64,000 bases of DNA from an uncultured Ruminococcus sp. GTDB taxonomy: Bacteria; Bacillota; Clostridia; Oscillospirales; CAG-272. The stretch covers positions 35,452 through 99,451 of the forward strand of contig CAZUUA010000001.1 in assembly GCA_964623635.1 (NCBI GenBank), read 5' to 3'. Below the pieces are notes generated by a model. The model saw nothing but the letters and a program-made list of their open reading frames with translations. It ran no database searches and had not been told where the DNA came from. This document shows, in pieces, positions 26,990-35,797 of this stretch. The translations under genes were made by a program, and so were the position numbers. Numbering within the stretch: position 1 is the stretch's first letter; each line of letters begins with the position of its first letter.

Positions 26990-29926
26990 ATGGCAAAAGA
27001 CAAGAAGCAAGACCGATATGCCGCAAAGGACAAAGCGTCCCATACGGCGGATATCGATGTGAGCGCCGATGCCCAGGGAACGTCGGACAGCGAGCTGGAT
27101 ATCCAGGCTCTCTTGCGTAAATATATGCCCGATTATGACAGAGAGTCCGACAACGATAGAGAACCCGACAAGGATCCCACACTGGATGCGACGGACAAAA
27201 AGAATGTATCTGCACAGCAGCCTGCGTTTCCGGAACTGCCGGGTATCGACGATGCACCGATGAGCGACGATCCGCTGGATGGCTTTGCCGGACTGGATGC
27301 CGCATTCACGCCGGAGGACACCGGTGCCGGTGAGTTCGATTTCACGGACAATATCCCGTCCAAGCAGACAGAGGAAGACGGTGCGCTGGAAGACTACGAG
27401 GGCATTTACGAGGACGACGACAGACCGACAAAGCACGCCAAGAGCGGTGAGAAAAAGGGATTTTTTGCCTTCCTTGCCGGTCGTGGCAGCCGTAAAAAAA
27501 CAACGGCTGTGGATGACGAGGAGTCACTGCCGGACGAGTCGGAGGCGCTGTCGGACGAACCGGCGTTGCTGCCAAACGAGTCGGCGTCGGTGGAAGACGA
27601 TGCCTTTGGCGGACTGGCGGATATGCTGGCGGCCGATGCTGTCACCGACACAGCCGCAGCGGAGGATACCTTAGGCGGCAGGCTCATGGACAGCATGGGT
27701 CTGGAGGAAGCAGAGGACGATCCCCTGGAGACCTTCGCAGGCCTGCAGACAGACGCGGACACAGGCGACAACGTCTCGGCGCTGGATCTGTTTGCAGCAG
27801 AGCTGATGGGCGACACAGAGTCGGAGGACGCCTCTGAGACGGTGTCGACACCTCTGCAGGCAAAGGCGCATCTGACCGACGAGGAAATGCTGCAGATGGC
27901 AGAGGAAATGCTGCGGAGCAGTCAGCCGGCGCCGGAGGAAGTACCCCAGCCGGAACCGGAACCCGAACCTGTGTCCCAGCCGGAACCGGAGGACGAGGAC
28001 TTCGATCCCACGGACATCAACCTGATGGTGGCGTTCGGGCTGGAGGACGGCGAGGGCAGCAAGAAGCAAGACAGCAAAAAAACGGACAATGCCGCTTGGC
28101 AGGACGCACAGCAGAATGCCCACAAGCTGGGTGACAAGCTGGAGCAGGAGAAGGTCACAAGAGAAGGCAGAAAGGTCAAGCTGGACAGACCGGAGTACGT
28201 GGACCGTTCCCAGAACAAGACCATCGAGCACGGCTATCGCACCAAGCTGGCCGGACTTTGGATCAAGCTGGGGATCTGCGCCATCTTCACGGTGCTGCTG
28301 ATGATCTTTGAAAATATCGAGGTGTTGGCAAAGCTGTTCACCGGCACGGCCAAGCAGTTTGGCGGCGTGTTCGACCCGGCTGTGTACCCAGTGGTATATG
28401 CCATGGTATCTCTGCAGCTGATGCTGCTGGCCTGCCTGTGCGCCTATGAGCAGATCGGCAAGGGCTTTACTTATCTCTTCCGTGGTGTGCCAAGACCGGA
28501 GAGCATGACCGCGCTGATGCTGGTGGCAGGCGTGCTCTACACCATCGTCATTGCCCGTGTCACCGTACAGTCCGATGAACCGGTGATGTTCAACTTTGTG
28601 GTGGCATTGGCGGCGCTGCTGACCCTGATCGGCGACATCTTCATCACCCGCCGGGAGTTCATGAACTTCCGAGTGATCTCCTCCGACAAGCAGAAGTACA
28701 TCGTTTGCCGGGTGTCCGACGAGGGCTCTCGTGGGGAAGCTACGGCCTTCTTGGAGGAAGAGGACGTGTGCGACGTGATGCGCATCGAAAAGACCGACTT
28801 CATCGACGGCTTCTACAACCGTCTGTATACACCGGATGGCACCACCAATGTGTTCATGAGCTGTGCCATGGGTGTGATGGTGGCAGTGGCGGTGCTGTTC
28901 GGCATCCTTGCCAATGTCCGTGGCAGCTCTACGGTCGAGGTGGCCCGTGTGGTCTGCGTGACCATGATGACGGTGGCACCGCTGTCGGTGTTCCTGTCCC
29001 TGACCTATCCCTTCTACCGTGCCAATACGGCGGCGGCCGAATACGACAGTGCCATCATCGGCGAAGTGTCGCTGGCGGAATATTCCAATGCCTCCGTTGT
29101 GACCTTTGACGACAAGAACGTGTTCCCGTCCTACAGCGTGAAGGTGCAGAACATCCGCATTTTCAACAATGCCCGTATCGACCGGGTGCTGTATTATGCC
29201 GCCAGCGTATTTGCCAAGGCAGGCGGTCCCCTGCAGGATGTGTTCGAGATCGCCACGCTGGAAGTGGGCCACTCGGACAACGTGCAGATCTTCGGCACCG
29301 AAACAGGGATACTGGCCGCTGAGGTGGATGGCGTGAACATCATCTTTGGTACCGGCGCAGCGCTGACGAAGAAGGGACTGAAGATCCGGCGGCAGGAGAT
29401 GGAGGACGACATGGATCTCTCCGACGAGCTGTCGATCATGTATATGTTCCGGGAAGACAAGCTGGTGGCGAAGATGTACATCCAATACGTGATGGACAGC
29501 GACATCGAGCTGATCTTAGGGCAGTTCCAGAACAGTGGCCTGTACGGCTGTGTCCGCACCTTTGACCCCAATATCGATGAGCGAATGATCGCACGGAAGG
29601 TCAAGATGAAGCGTATGCCGCTGAAGGTGATCCGGTACAACGAGCCCGAAGAAGTGACGGCTTATACAGAGAAGATGAACAGCGGTCTGGTGACCAGCGG
29701 TTCCCCCAAGTCACTGCTGCAGATCATCTCCTATTGCGACAAGGTGCTGCATACCCGGAAGACCAATATGGCACTGGCGATCCTGGCGATCTTAGTGGGT
29801 GCGGCGATCATGCTGCTGCTGGTGCTGTCCGGCTCCATTGGCATCATGAACTCTCTGTACGTGATGCTCTACCAGCTTCTGTGGCTCATTCCCATGCTGT
29901 TTTCATCCAGAATGTTTATACGGTAA
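26990..29926 (+). CDS. Large membrane protein: acidic disordered N-terminus (~390 aa) plus a degenerate P1B-type ATPase-like body
   Basis: The C-terminal ~580 aa are colinear by eye with CopA/ZntA-type pumps (YEQIGKGFTYLFRGVPRPESMTALMLVAGVLYT; LLTLIGDIFITRREF; AASVFAKAGGPLQ). The catalytic motifs are replaced, as detailed in the findings. Confidence 0.6.
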   Translation: MAKDKKQDRYAAKDKASHTADIDVSADAQGTSDSELDIQALLRKYMPDYDRESDNDREPDKDPTLDATDKKNVSAQQPAFPELPGIDDAPMSDDPLDGFAGLDAAFTPEDTGAGEFDFTDNIPSKQTEEDGALEDYEGIYEDDDRPTKHAKSGEKKGFFAFLAGRGSRKKTTAVDDEESLPDESEALSDEPALLPNESASVEDDAFGGLADMLAADAVTDTAAAEDTLGGRLMDSMGLEEAEDDPLETFAGLQTDADTGDNVSALDLFAAELMGDTESEDASETVSTPLQAKAHLTDEEMLQMAEEMLRSSQPAPEEVPQPEPEPEPVSQPEPEDEDFDPTDINLMVAFGLEDGEGSKKQDSKKTDNAAWQDAQQNAHKLGDKLEQEKVTREGRKVKLDRPEYVDRSQNKTIEHGYRTKLAGLWIKLGICAIFTVLLMIFENIEVLAKLFTGTAKQFGGVFDPAVYPVVYAMVSLQLMLLACLCAYEQIGKGFTYLFRGVPRPESMTALMLVAGVLYTIVIARVTVQSDEPVMFNFVVALAALLTLIGDIFITRREFMNFRVISSDKQKYIVCRVSDEGSRGEATAFLEEEDVCDVMRIEKTDFIDGFYNRLYTPDGTTNVFMSCAMGVMVAVAVLFGILANVRGSSTVEVARVVCVTMMTVAPLSVFLSLTYPFYRANTAAAEYDSAIIGEVSLAEYSNASVVTFDDKNVFPSYSVKVQNIRIFNNARIDRVLYYAASVFAKAGGPLQDVFEIATLEVGHSDNVQIFGTETGILAAEVDGVNIIFGTGAALTKKGLKIRRQEMEDDMDLSDELSIMYMFREDKLVAKMYIQYVMDSDIELILGQFQNSGLYGCVRTFDPNIDERMIARKVKMKRMPLKVIRYNEPEEVTAYTEKMNSGLVTSGSPKSLLQIISYCDKVLHTRKTNMALAILAILVGAAIMLLLVLSGSIGIMNSLYVMLYQLLWLIPMLFSSRMFIR

Positions 29927-30103
29927 TATGTATCCGGTGACGCAGCACGTGGGAACGCTGTCCGCCATACAAAACATAACAAACGAACGGGAAAGGAGAG
30001 GTGGCATGATGCTTCTCCTTTTTCCTCTGTATATTGCCAATATCTGTAGGGAACGGTCTTGACCGTTCCAAAAAATGTATACTATAAGAAAGCGAATATA
30101 ACC

Positions 30104-32725
30104 ATGAGAGACGATATCAAAAGCTTTATAACGACCGTTGCCAAGCCGGGGCGATATTCCGGCGGTGAGACCGGTAGCGTGTTCAAGGACCTGGGCAAAG
30201 TCAAGATGCGTGTGGCGTTTTGCTTCCCGGACGTGTATGAGATCGGAATGTCCAATCTGGGGATGCGGATCCTGACCGGGTGCTTCAATGCCTTAGATGC
30301 GGTCTGGTGTGAGAGAGTGTATGCGCCTTGGGTGGATATGGCGGCCGAGATGGAAAAGCGGCACATTCCGCTGTTCACCCACGAAAGCGGCGACCCGGTC
30401 TGCGACTTTGACGTAGTGGCCTTTACCCTGCAGTACGAGCTGTGCTACACCACCATGCTGAAAATGCTGTCCTTGGCCGGTATCCCTATGCGCCGGGAAG
30501 ACCGTGGGGAAGACGGACCGGTGATCCTGGCCGGTGGCCCCTGCTCCTACAACCCGGAACCGGTGGCAGACTTCGTGGACATTTTCTCCATTGGGGAAGG
30601 CGAAGAGGCGCTGCAGGAGCTGGCACTGCTGTATATGCGCATGAAGGACGAGGGCACCTACACCAAGTCTGCGTTCCTGTATGCGGCGGCTACGGAGCTG
30701 CAGGGCTTCTACGTGCCGTCCCTGTACGACATTGCCTACCACGACGACGGGACCATCGCTGCCATCACGCCCAAGGATGACAAGGTGCCGGAAAAGGTGG
30801 TCAAGCGGGTCATTGGGGATCTGGACAAGTGCTACATTCCCACGGACACAGTGATCCCCTACATCGAGACAGTGCAGGACAGAGTGACCATCGAGATCAT
30901 GCGTGGCTGCGTCCGGGGCTGTCGGTTCTGTCAGGCCGGCTTTGTGACCAGACCCGTCCGGGAACGTTCGCCGGAGCTGCTGAACGAAGCCTGTCATACC
31001 ATGATCAAAAACTCCGGCTACAGCGAGATCTCCATGTGTACCCTGTCCGTCAGCGACTACTCCAAGATCCGGGAGCTGACCGACCAGCTTCTCTCCTGGA
31101 CAGACGACGAAAAGGTCAGCCTGTCTTTGCCGTCCATGCGTGCCGACAGCTTCACCAAGGAGCTGATGGAGAAGATCTCCTCTGTCCGTTCCTCGACCCT
31201 GACCTTCGCACCGGAAGCCGGTTCCCAGCGTCTCCGGGACGTGATCAACAAAAACATCACCGAGGAAGCGATCCTCCGTGCGGCCGGTGTGGCATATGCT
31301 GCCGGGAAGAACCAGGTGAAGCTGTACTTCATGAACGGCCTGCCCTACGAGACCTACGAAGACCTGACCGGTATTGCGGAGCTGTCGAAGCACGTGGTGG
31401 ACGAATACTATCGCACGCCCAACCGGAATAAGGCAAGACAGCCCCAGGTCACTCTGAGCGTCGCCTGCTTTATCCCCAAGCCCCACACGCCCTTCCAGTG
31501 GGAAAGACAGAACACCTTTGCCGAGCTGGAGGACAAGCAGCACTTCCTGTCCGAGCAGATCACCGACCGGAAGGTGCGCTACAACTACCACGACGCCAAG
31601 GTGTCCCACATCGAAGCGGTGTTTGCCCGTGGCGACAGACGAGTGGGCAAGGCGATCCAGACGGCTGTGGAACGTGGGATGTGGCTGGACGCATGGGAAG
31701 AACAGTTCCGGTTCGAGGACTGGATGCAGGTGTTTGCCGACTGTGGTATCGACCCGGCCTTCTATGCCAACCGTACCATTCCGGACGAAGAAATTTTGCC
31801 TTGGGATATGATCGACTGCGGTGTCACCAAGGCCTTCCTGCTGTCCGAACGACATAAGGCTGCCCAGGCTGCCACCACACCGTCCTGTCGGGAAAAGTGC
31901 TCCGGCTGCGGCGTGAACAAGCTGGTGGACAAGCAGTACTGCCGCTGGTGCCCCGGTCATCCGGATTCCTCCGACAGTGCCGGAGACATCGCCGGAGACT
32001 ACAAGCCCAAGGAAAAGCCGGAAGCACCGGTGAAGGGCAGCATTAAACCGGCACGTACCCTGCGGATCCGCTTTGCCAAAACGGGTCCGGCACTGTATAT
32101 TTCCCATCTGGATCTGTCCAAGGTCATGAGCCGGTGTATCGTGGCTTCCGGTCTGCCGGTGTACTACACGGAGGGCTTCAATCCCATCCCAAAGCTGGTG
32201 TTCGCTACACCGTTGTCTCTGGGCTGCGGCGGTGACGAAGAGGTGCTGGACATCCGGCTCCTAAAGGACGTATCCAATGTGGAGGCCATGGAGAAGCTTC
32301 GTGGCGCTATGGCAGAAGGGATTGTGGTGAAGGAAGTGTACACGGCACGGGATAAGATCTCCGACATCCAGTACGCCCACAACCGGATCACCTACGGTGG
32401 CTTTGAGCCGGCAGACTATATGGTGGACGCCATCAACGATCTGTTCCGGAAGCCGGTGGTCATGCTGAAAAAGTCCAAGAGCGGCGAAAAGGAAGTGGAC
32501 ATCTGTACCTTCATCCGCTCCATCGAAGCGAAGATCGAGGACGTGGATGGCAAGCAGACCTTAGTGATCGATGCCATCACCTCGGCCAGTCAGGAAAGCT
32601 ACCTGAATCCGGAATACATTGCCGCAGCCATCGAACGGGAATTTGCTCTGTCCGGTGAAGACGGCTACCACACCATCTGCCGGAAGCATTTGTATTTGGC
32701 AGACGGCGTGACGCTGTTCCATTGA
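30104..32725 (+). CDS. TIGR03960-type B12-binding-domain radical SAM protein fused to a TIGR03936/DUF2344 domain
   Basis: Start at MRDDIKSFITTVAKPGRYSGGE. The CxxxCxxC motif is CVRGCRFCQAG. The C-terminal part (RIRFAKTGPALYISHLD) is the DUF2344 module. Confidence 0.85.
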   Translation: MRDDIKSFITTVAKPGRYSGGETGSVFKDLGKVKMRVAFCFPDVYEIGMSNLGMRILTGCFNALDAVWCERVYAPWVDMAAEMEKRHIPLFTHESGDPVCDFDVVAFTLQYELCYTTMLKMLSLAGIPMRREDRGEDGPVILAGGPCSYNPEPVADFVDIFSIGEGEEALQELALLYMRMKDEGTYTKSAFLYAAATELQGFYVPSLYDIAYHDDGTIAAITPKDDKVPEKVVKRVIGDLDKCYIPTDTVIPYIETVQDRVTIEIMRGCVRGCRFCQAGFVTRPVRERSPELLNEACHTMIKNSGYSEISMCTLSVSDYSKIRELTDQLLSWTDDEKVSLSLPSMRADSFTKELMEKISSVRSSTLTFAPEAGSQRLRDVINKNITEEAILRAAGVAYAAGKNQVKLYFMNGLPYETYEDLTGIAELSKHVVDEYYRTPNRNKARQPQVTLSVACFIPKPHTPFQWERQNTFAELEDKQHFLSEQITDRKVRYNYHDAKVSHIEAVFARGDRRVGKAIQTAVERGMWLDAWEEQFRFEDWMQVFADCGIDPAFYANRTIPDEEILPWDMIDCGVTKAFLLSERHKAAQAATTPSCREKCSGCGVNKLVDKQYCRWCPGHPDSSDSAGDIAGDYKPKEKPEAPVKGSIKPARTLRIRFAKTGPALYISHLDLSKVMSRCIVASGLPVYYTEGFNPIPKLVFATPLSLGCGGDEEVLDIRLLKDVSNVEAMEKLRGAMAEGIVVKEVYTARDKISDIQYAHNRITYGGFEPADYMVDAINDLFRKPVVMLKKSKSGEKEVDICTFIRSIEAKIEDVDGKQTLVIDAITSASQESYLNPEYIAAAIEREFALSGEDGYHTICRKHLYLADGVTLFH

Positions 32726-32855
32726 GAATGGAATTATGTTTAGCTGAGTAAGAAAGCAAGCCATATGACTCTCGAAAATTTTGAGAAGTTTATAACGAAA
32801 TAGTGAATTGCATGGTGATGCTCTAAGGAAACACGGAATCAAATTAAAATACAGA

Positions 32856-32893
32856 AAATATCCCCCTGGAAACACGTACCGGGGGGATATTTA
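32856..32893. terminator. Bidirectional hairpin terminator between the radical SAM gene and the XRE gene
   Basis: AAATATCCCCCTGG ... CCGGGGGGATATTT, flanked by an A-run and a T-run. Confidence 0.6.
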
Positions 32894-32899
32894 TATTGT

Positions 32900-33115
32900 T
32901 CAACACATTTCCACTGTATTGCTTCTTCCTACCAGATAATCCAAAGATACATGATAATGGTCTGCTAACTGGATTGCTGCCCACAGTGGAATTTCTCTTT
33001 CGCCCCTTTCGTATCGCTGATACACCGTCAATTGCATATGCAAAATATCTGCCACATCCCGTTGGGTCAGATCATGGTCTTCCCGAAGATCTCGTATTCT
33101 TCTGTACATTGACAT
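32900..33115 (-). CDS. XRE-family helix-turn-helix transcriptional regulator (71 aa)
   Basis: Start MSMYRRIRDLREDHDLTQRDVADILHMQLTVYQRYERGEREIP, preceded by AAAGGTGG. The 175-aa ORF in the track is an upstream extension with no RBS. Confidence 0.85.
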   Translation of the reverse strand: MSMYRRIRDLREDHDLTQRDVADILHMQLTVYQRYERGEREIPLWAAIQLADHYHVSLDYLVGRSNTVEMC

Positions 33116-33160
33116 TTGTATACCACCTTTGCTTTTTATTACAAAAATAGTATACACAAA

Positions 33161-33204
33161 AACACCATTTGGTGTTGACAAATAGCACCATACGGTGTTA
33201 TAAT
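33161..33204 (+). promoter_or_regulatory. Sigma-A type promoter with two CACC-N4-GGTG palindromic operators (candidate XRE binding sites)
   Basis: TTGACA (33175-33180), an 18-bp spacer, then TATAAT (33199-33204). The palindrome AACACCATTTGGTGTT (33161-33176) overlaps the -35. CACCATACGGTG (33186-33197) lies in the spacer. Confidence 0.6.
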
Positions 33205-33284
33205 AGAGATGCGGAAAATGTAAGTGAACGCTGGTTGAGGTTAATCGGCGTTCCCTTAACAACATCAAAAAAGGAGAAAAGACT

Positions 33285-34043
33285 ATGGAAATGGTATCTG
33301 CCCTGGAAGTCTGTTTGGAGGTAACGCAAAAAATTGAAGGATGTTCGAGCAAGATGTGCGTTATGGAGGAACAAATCGAAACCTTTGATAGCGAAATTGC
33401 AAAGTACGAAGAAAAAATCAACCCCACAATAATTATGCGTATCCGATACTCGATTAGTTATGCACTTATGGCGTTCGTCATTCTTATGTTTCTGTTCATC
33501 AAGATCGGCGACCAGATCGCCTACAACATCCCGATGTCTGATAGCACAGTTTATGCCATTTTTAATGGAATGGTCATTGTAGCAGGAATACTATCTATCC
33601 TCTTTAGCATTCTGTGTACTTTTCTCTTGAAAAAACGCAACAAAAAGAAGCAGCAGGAAGTTATGCATTACAAGGCAAATATGGAACAAAGTTTAGCGAA
33701 CTTGGAACAACCGCTCCGAGAACTGATCAATTCTCCAGAAAACGAACTGTGCAAAAATCTAATTCCACCCGATTACAAAAAATCTGCTATTATTGAGAAA
33801 TTTATTTACTTTTTTCGCAATGGTCATGTGACCACTATGCAGGAAGCTGTAGTTGCCTATGACAAATTCCGGCATGAAAAGAAAATGGAGCATTATGCAT
33901 ACGAAGCTGCCGACAATGCCAGAATTGCTGCTAACAACACAGCAAGTATCGCCAACAGCACAGCGAGTATGCAGAAATCCCTCAATGAATTGGAAGCGAT
34001 CGCTGCCTATAATACCTACCTGAATATGAAAAATAATAGTTAA
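33285..34043 (+). CDS. Hypothetical 2-TM protein with N- and C-terminal coiled-coil-like segments
   Basis: AAAGGAGAAAAG RBS. The gene is low in GC. Two hydrophobic helices are present (YALMAFVILMFLFIKI; MVIVAGILSILFSILCTFLL). I recognise no family. Confidence 0.6.
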   Translation: MEMVSALEVCLEVTQKIEGCSSKMCVMEEQIETFDSEIAKYEEKINPTIIMRIRYSISYALMAFVILMFLFIKIGDQIAYNIPMSDSTVYAIFNGMVIVAGILSILFSILCTFLLKKRNKKKQQEVMHYKANMEQSLANLEQPLRELINSPENELCKNLIPPDYKKSAIIEKFIYFFRNGHVTTMQEAVVAYDKFRHEKKMEHYAYEAADNARIAANNTASIANSTASMQKSLNELEAIAAYNTYLNMKNNS

Positions 34044-34111
34044 GTTAACGCTGATTCATATGGAAAACTCGTTAAAGAAACCACATATGCAAGTTTTCCT
34101 AAATCGTTGCC

Positions 34112-34291
34112 TTAAGGCACCACCGCACAATTCACGGCTAACGCCTTGATGGCACATCTGCTTGCATCTTTCCCGTCATACTTCACAAATCCACCTTGCC
34201 TTACGAGTGTAAGCCTGCGGTGAATTTGTTTTGTCTGACGAAAAATCTGCCGACGCATCTGCATCATCAGAATTGTGCGGTGGCGCCTTAA
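34112..34291 (+). mobile_element. MITE-like element, copy A (172 bp at 34116-34287, flanked by TTAA/TTAA)
   Basis: The terminal inverted repeats are GGCACCACCGCACAATTC and GAATTGTGCGGTGGCGCC. The whole element is an imperfect palindrome with a central CTTAC-GAGT-GTAAG hairpin. It has no coding capacity. Confidence 0.8.
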
Positions 34292-34292
34292 C

Positions 34293-34320
34293 AAAAAATA
34301 CGCAGTCCCCGCGTATTTTT
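34293..34320. terminator. Bidirectional hairpin terminator
   Basis: AAAAAATACGC-agtcccc-GCGTATTTTT. A second hairpin, CCCCCACA...TGTGGGGG (34321-34352), sequesters the DUF421 RBS. Confidence 0.6.
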
Positions 34321-34360
34321 CCCCCACATTGGGCATACTACCGGTGTGGGGGAATTTTTT

Positions 34361-35029
34361 ATGCTGACGGTTTTTTTGCGAACGATCTTCGTCTATGTAT
34401 TTTTGTTGGTGGTCATGCGTGTCATGGGCAAACGGCAGGTGGGAGAGCTGCAGCTGCAGGAGCTGATCGTGACCTTTATGCTGTCGGAGCTGGCGGTCAG
34501 TCCCATTGCCGATCCGTCTGCACCGCTGCTGTATGCCATCATTCCCATATTGACGCTTCTCTCCATCGAGCTGATCCTGTCCTTCTGGATGACCCGTTCC
34601 AATCGGATGAAAAGACTGCTCTCCGGCAAACCGGCTTTGGTGATCTGCAAGGGCAAGCTCGACCAAAGGGTCATGGCAGACAACCGGCTGGAGATCGAGG
34701 AGCTGTTGGCAGAGCTGCGGCAAAACGGTGTGGCATCACCGACAGAGGTGCAGTATGCGGTGCTGGAAGAAAATGGAAAACTGTCGGTGTTCCCCAAGGC
34801 CGGGTATGGCGCCGCTACCTGGCAGGAGCTCCAAAACGGTGCCGCAGAGACCGGGATCGCCCATGCGGTGGTGGTGGACGGTGAGGTGAGAGGGGAAGCG
34901 CTTGCTTTGGCCGGTCGGGACGAAAAGTGGCTCACGGCCTATCTGCGGCGAAAGAAGCTGCCTTTGCCCATGGTGTTTCTCATGACCGTAGACGACAGCG
35001 GAGACGTGTATCTGGTGGCAAAGGATTGA
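34361..35029 (+). CDS. DUF421 domain-containing membrane protein (YetF-like)
   Basis: Start at MLTVFLRTIFVYVFLLVVMRVMGKRQVGELQ, the typical DUF421 N-terminus. Confidence 0.85.
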   Translation: MLTVFLRTIFVYVFLLVVMRVMGKRQVGELQLQELIVTFMLSELAVSPIADPSAPLLYAIIPILTLLSIELILSFWMTRSNRMKRLLSGKPALVICKGKLDQRVMADNRLEIEELLAELRQNGVASPTEVQYAVLEENGKLSVFPKAGYGAATWQELQNGAAETGIAHAVVVDGEVRGEALALAGRDEKWLTAYLRRKKLPLPMVFLMTVDDSGDVYLVAKD

Positions 35030-35056
35030 TCTTATGGGAAAAAGGAGTGAGAGTGT

Positions 35057-35434
35057 ATGCGTGTGTTTGTGCTGGCGTTGGTGGTATTTGTGGCGACGGC
35101 AGGCTGTATCGGCTGGGGAAGCTGGTACGTCCAAGGACTGTGTGACCGGCTGACGGAGGTGCTTTCGCAAATGACAGCGCTGGCACCGGGCGACATCGAC
35201 AGCTACACACAGATCTACAAGACCTACGAGAAGCTTTGGAAAAGTGGCAGATTCTGGCTCCATCTGTTGGACGGACACAAAGGTGCCGATAGTATTGAGG
35301 AGCTGTTCACGGAGCTGGGTCTGCGGTATCTGGCCGGGGACGAGCTGGGTGTGGCGGTGGTGCAGGAGAAGCTGACCCTGCAAATCGATAAACTTCGGGA
35401 AGGCGAAAGGATCACGGTGGACGATATTTTCTAG
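35057..35434 (+). CDS. DUF4363 family protein
   Basis: N-terminal TM helix, a helical body and the C-terminal ...ITVDDIF. It is the usual partner of DUF421. Its TAG stop lies inside the CTAG that flanks MITE copy B. Confidence 0.75.
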   Translation: MRVFVLALVVFVATAGCIGWGSWYVQGLCDRLTEVLSQMTALAPGDIDSYTQIYKTYEKLWKSGRFWLHLLDGHKGADSIEELFTELGLRYLAGDELGVAVVQEKLTLQIDKLREGERITVDDIF

Positions 35435-35610
35435 GGCGCCACCGCACAATTCTGATGATGCAGATGCGTCGGCAGATTTTTCGTCAGACAAAACAAATTC
35501 ACCGCAGGCTTACGCTCGTAAGGCAAGGTGGATTTGTGAAGTATGACGGGAAAGATGCAAGCAGATGTGCCATCAAGGCGTTAGCCGTGAATTGTGCGGT
35601 GGTGGCCTAG
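35431..35610 (-). mobile_element. MITE-like element, copy B (172 bp at 35435-35606, flanked by CTAG/CTAG), inverted relative to copy A
   Basis: By hand alignment, the reverse complement matches copy A at 170 of 172 positions. Confidence 0.8.
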
Positions 35611-35762
35611 ATCATATTGTGGTAGGGAACTGCCTTGGCTGTTCCGTGTGGTAGCCTGCACGAACGATATTGTCGAGCCATGGGGGCAACCGACGGAACG
35701 GTCAGGCATCCATATGTCGCACAGAAATTGCAAAAATTCCCCGAAAAATTTCTCGAAACCCA

Positions 35763-35791
35763 TTGACAAATCTGCAGTTATCCTGTACAAT
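35763..35791 (+). promoter_or_regulatory. Sigma-A type promoter of the T-box leader
   Basis: TTGACA (35763-35768), a 17-bp spacer, then TACAAT (35786-35791). Confidence 0.6.
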
Positions 35792-35797
35792 ATCGGT

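Noticed and set aside
34231-35491. Two ORFs, 34231-34884 (+) and 34736-35491 (-), both begin MSDEKSADASASSELCGGAL. This suggested a duplicated gene.
   Set aside because: The shared N-termini are simply the two inverted MITE copies being translated. The ORFs then run antisense or out of frame through the DUF421/DUF4363 genes and have no RBS.
34112-35610. Autonomous composite transposon carrying the DUF421-DUF4363 genes.
   Set aside because: There is no transposase or recombinase gene between or near the repeats. The two copies have different flanking duplications (TTAA and CTAG), which argues for two separate insertions rather than one composite event. I kept it only as a possible inversion or mobilisation substrate.
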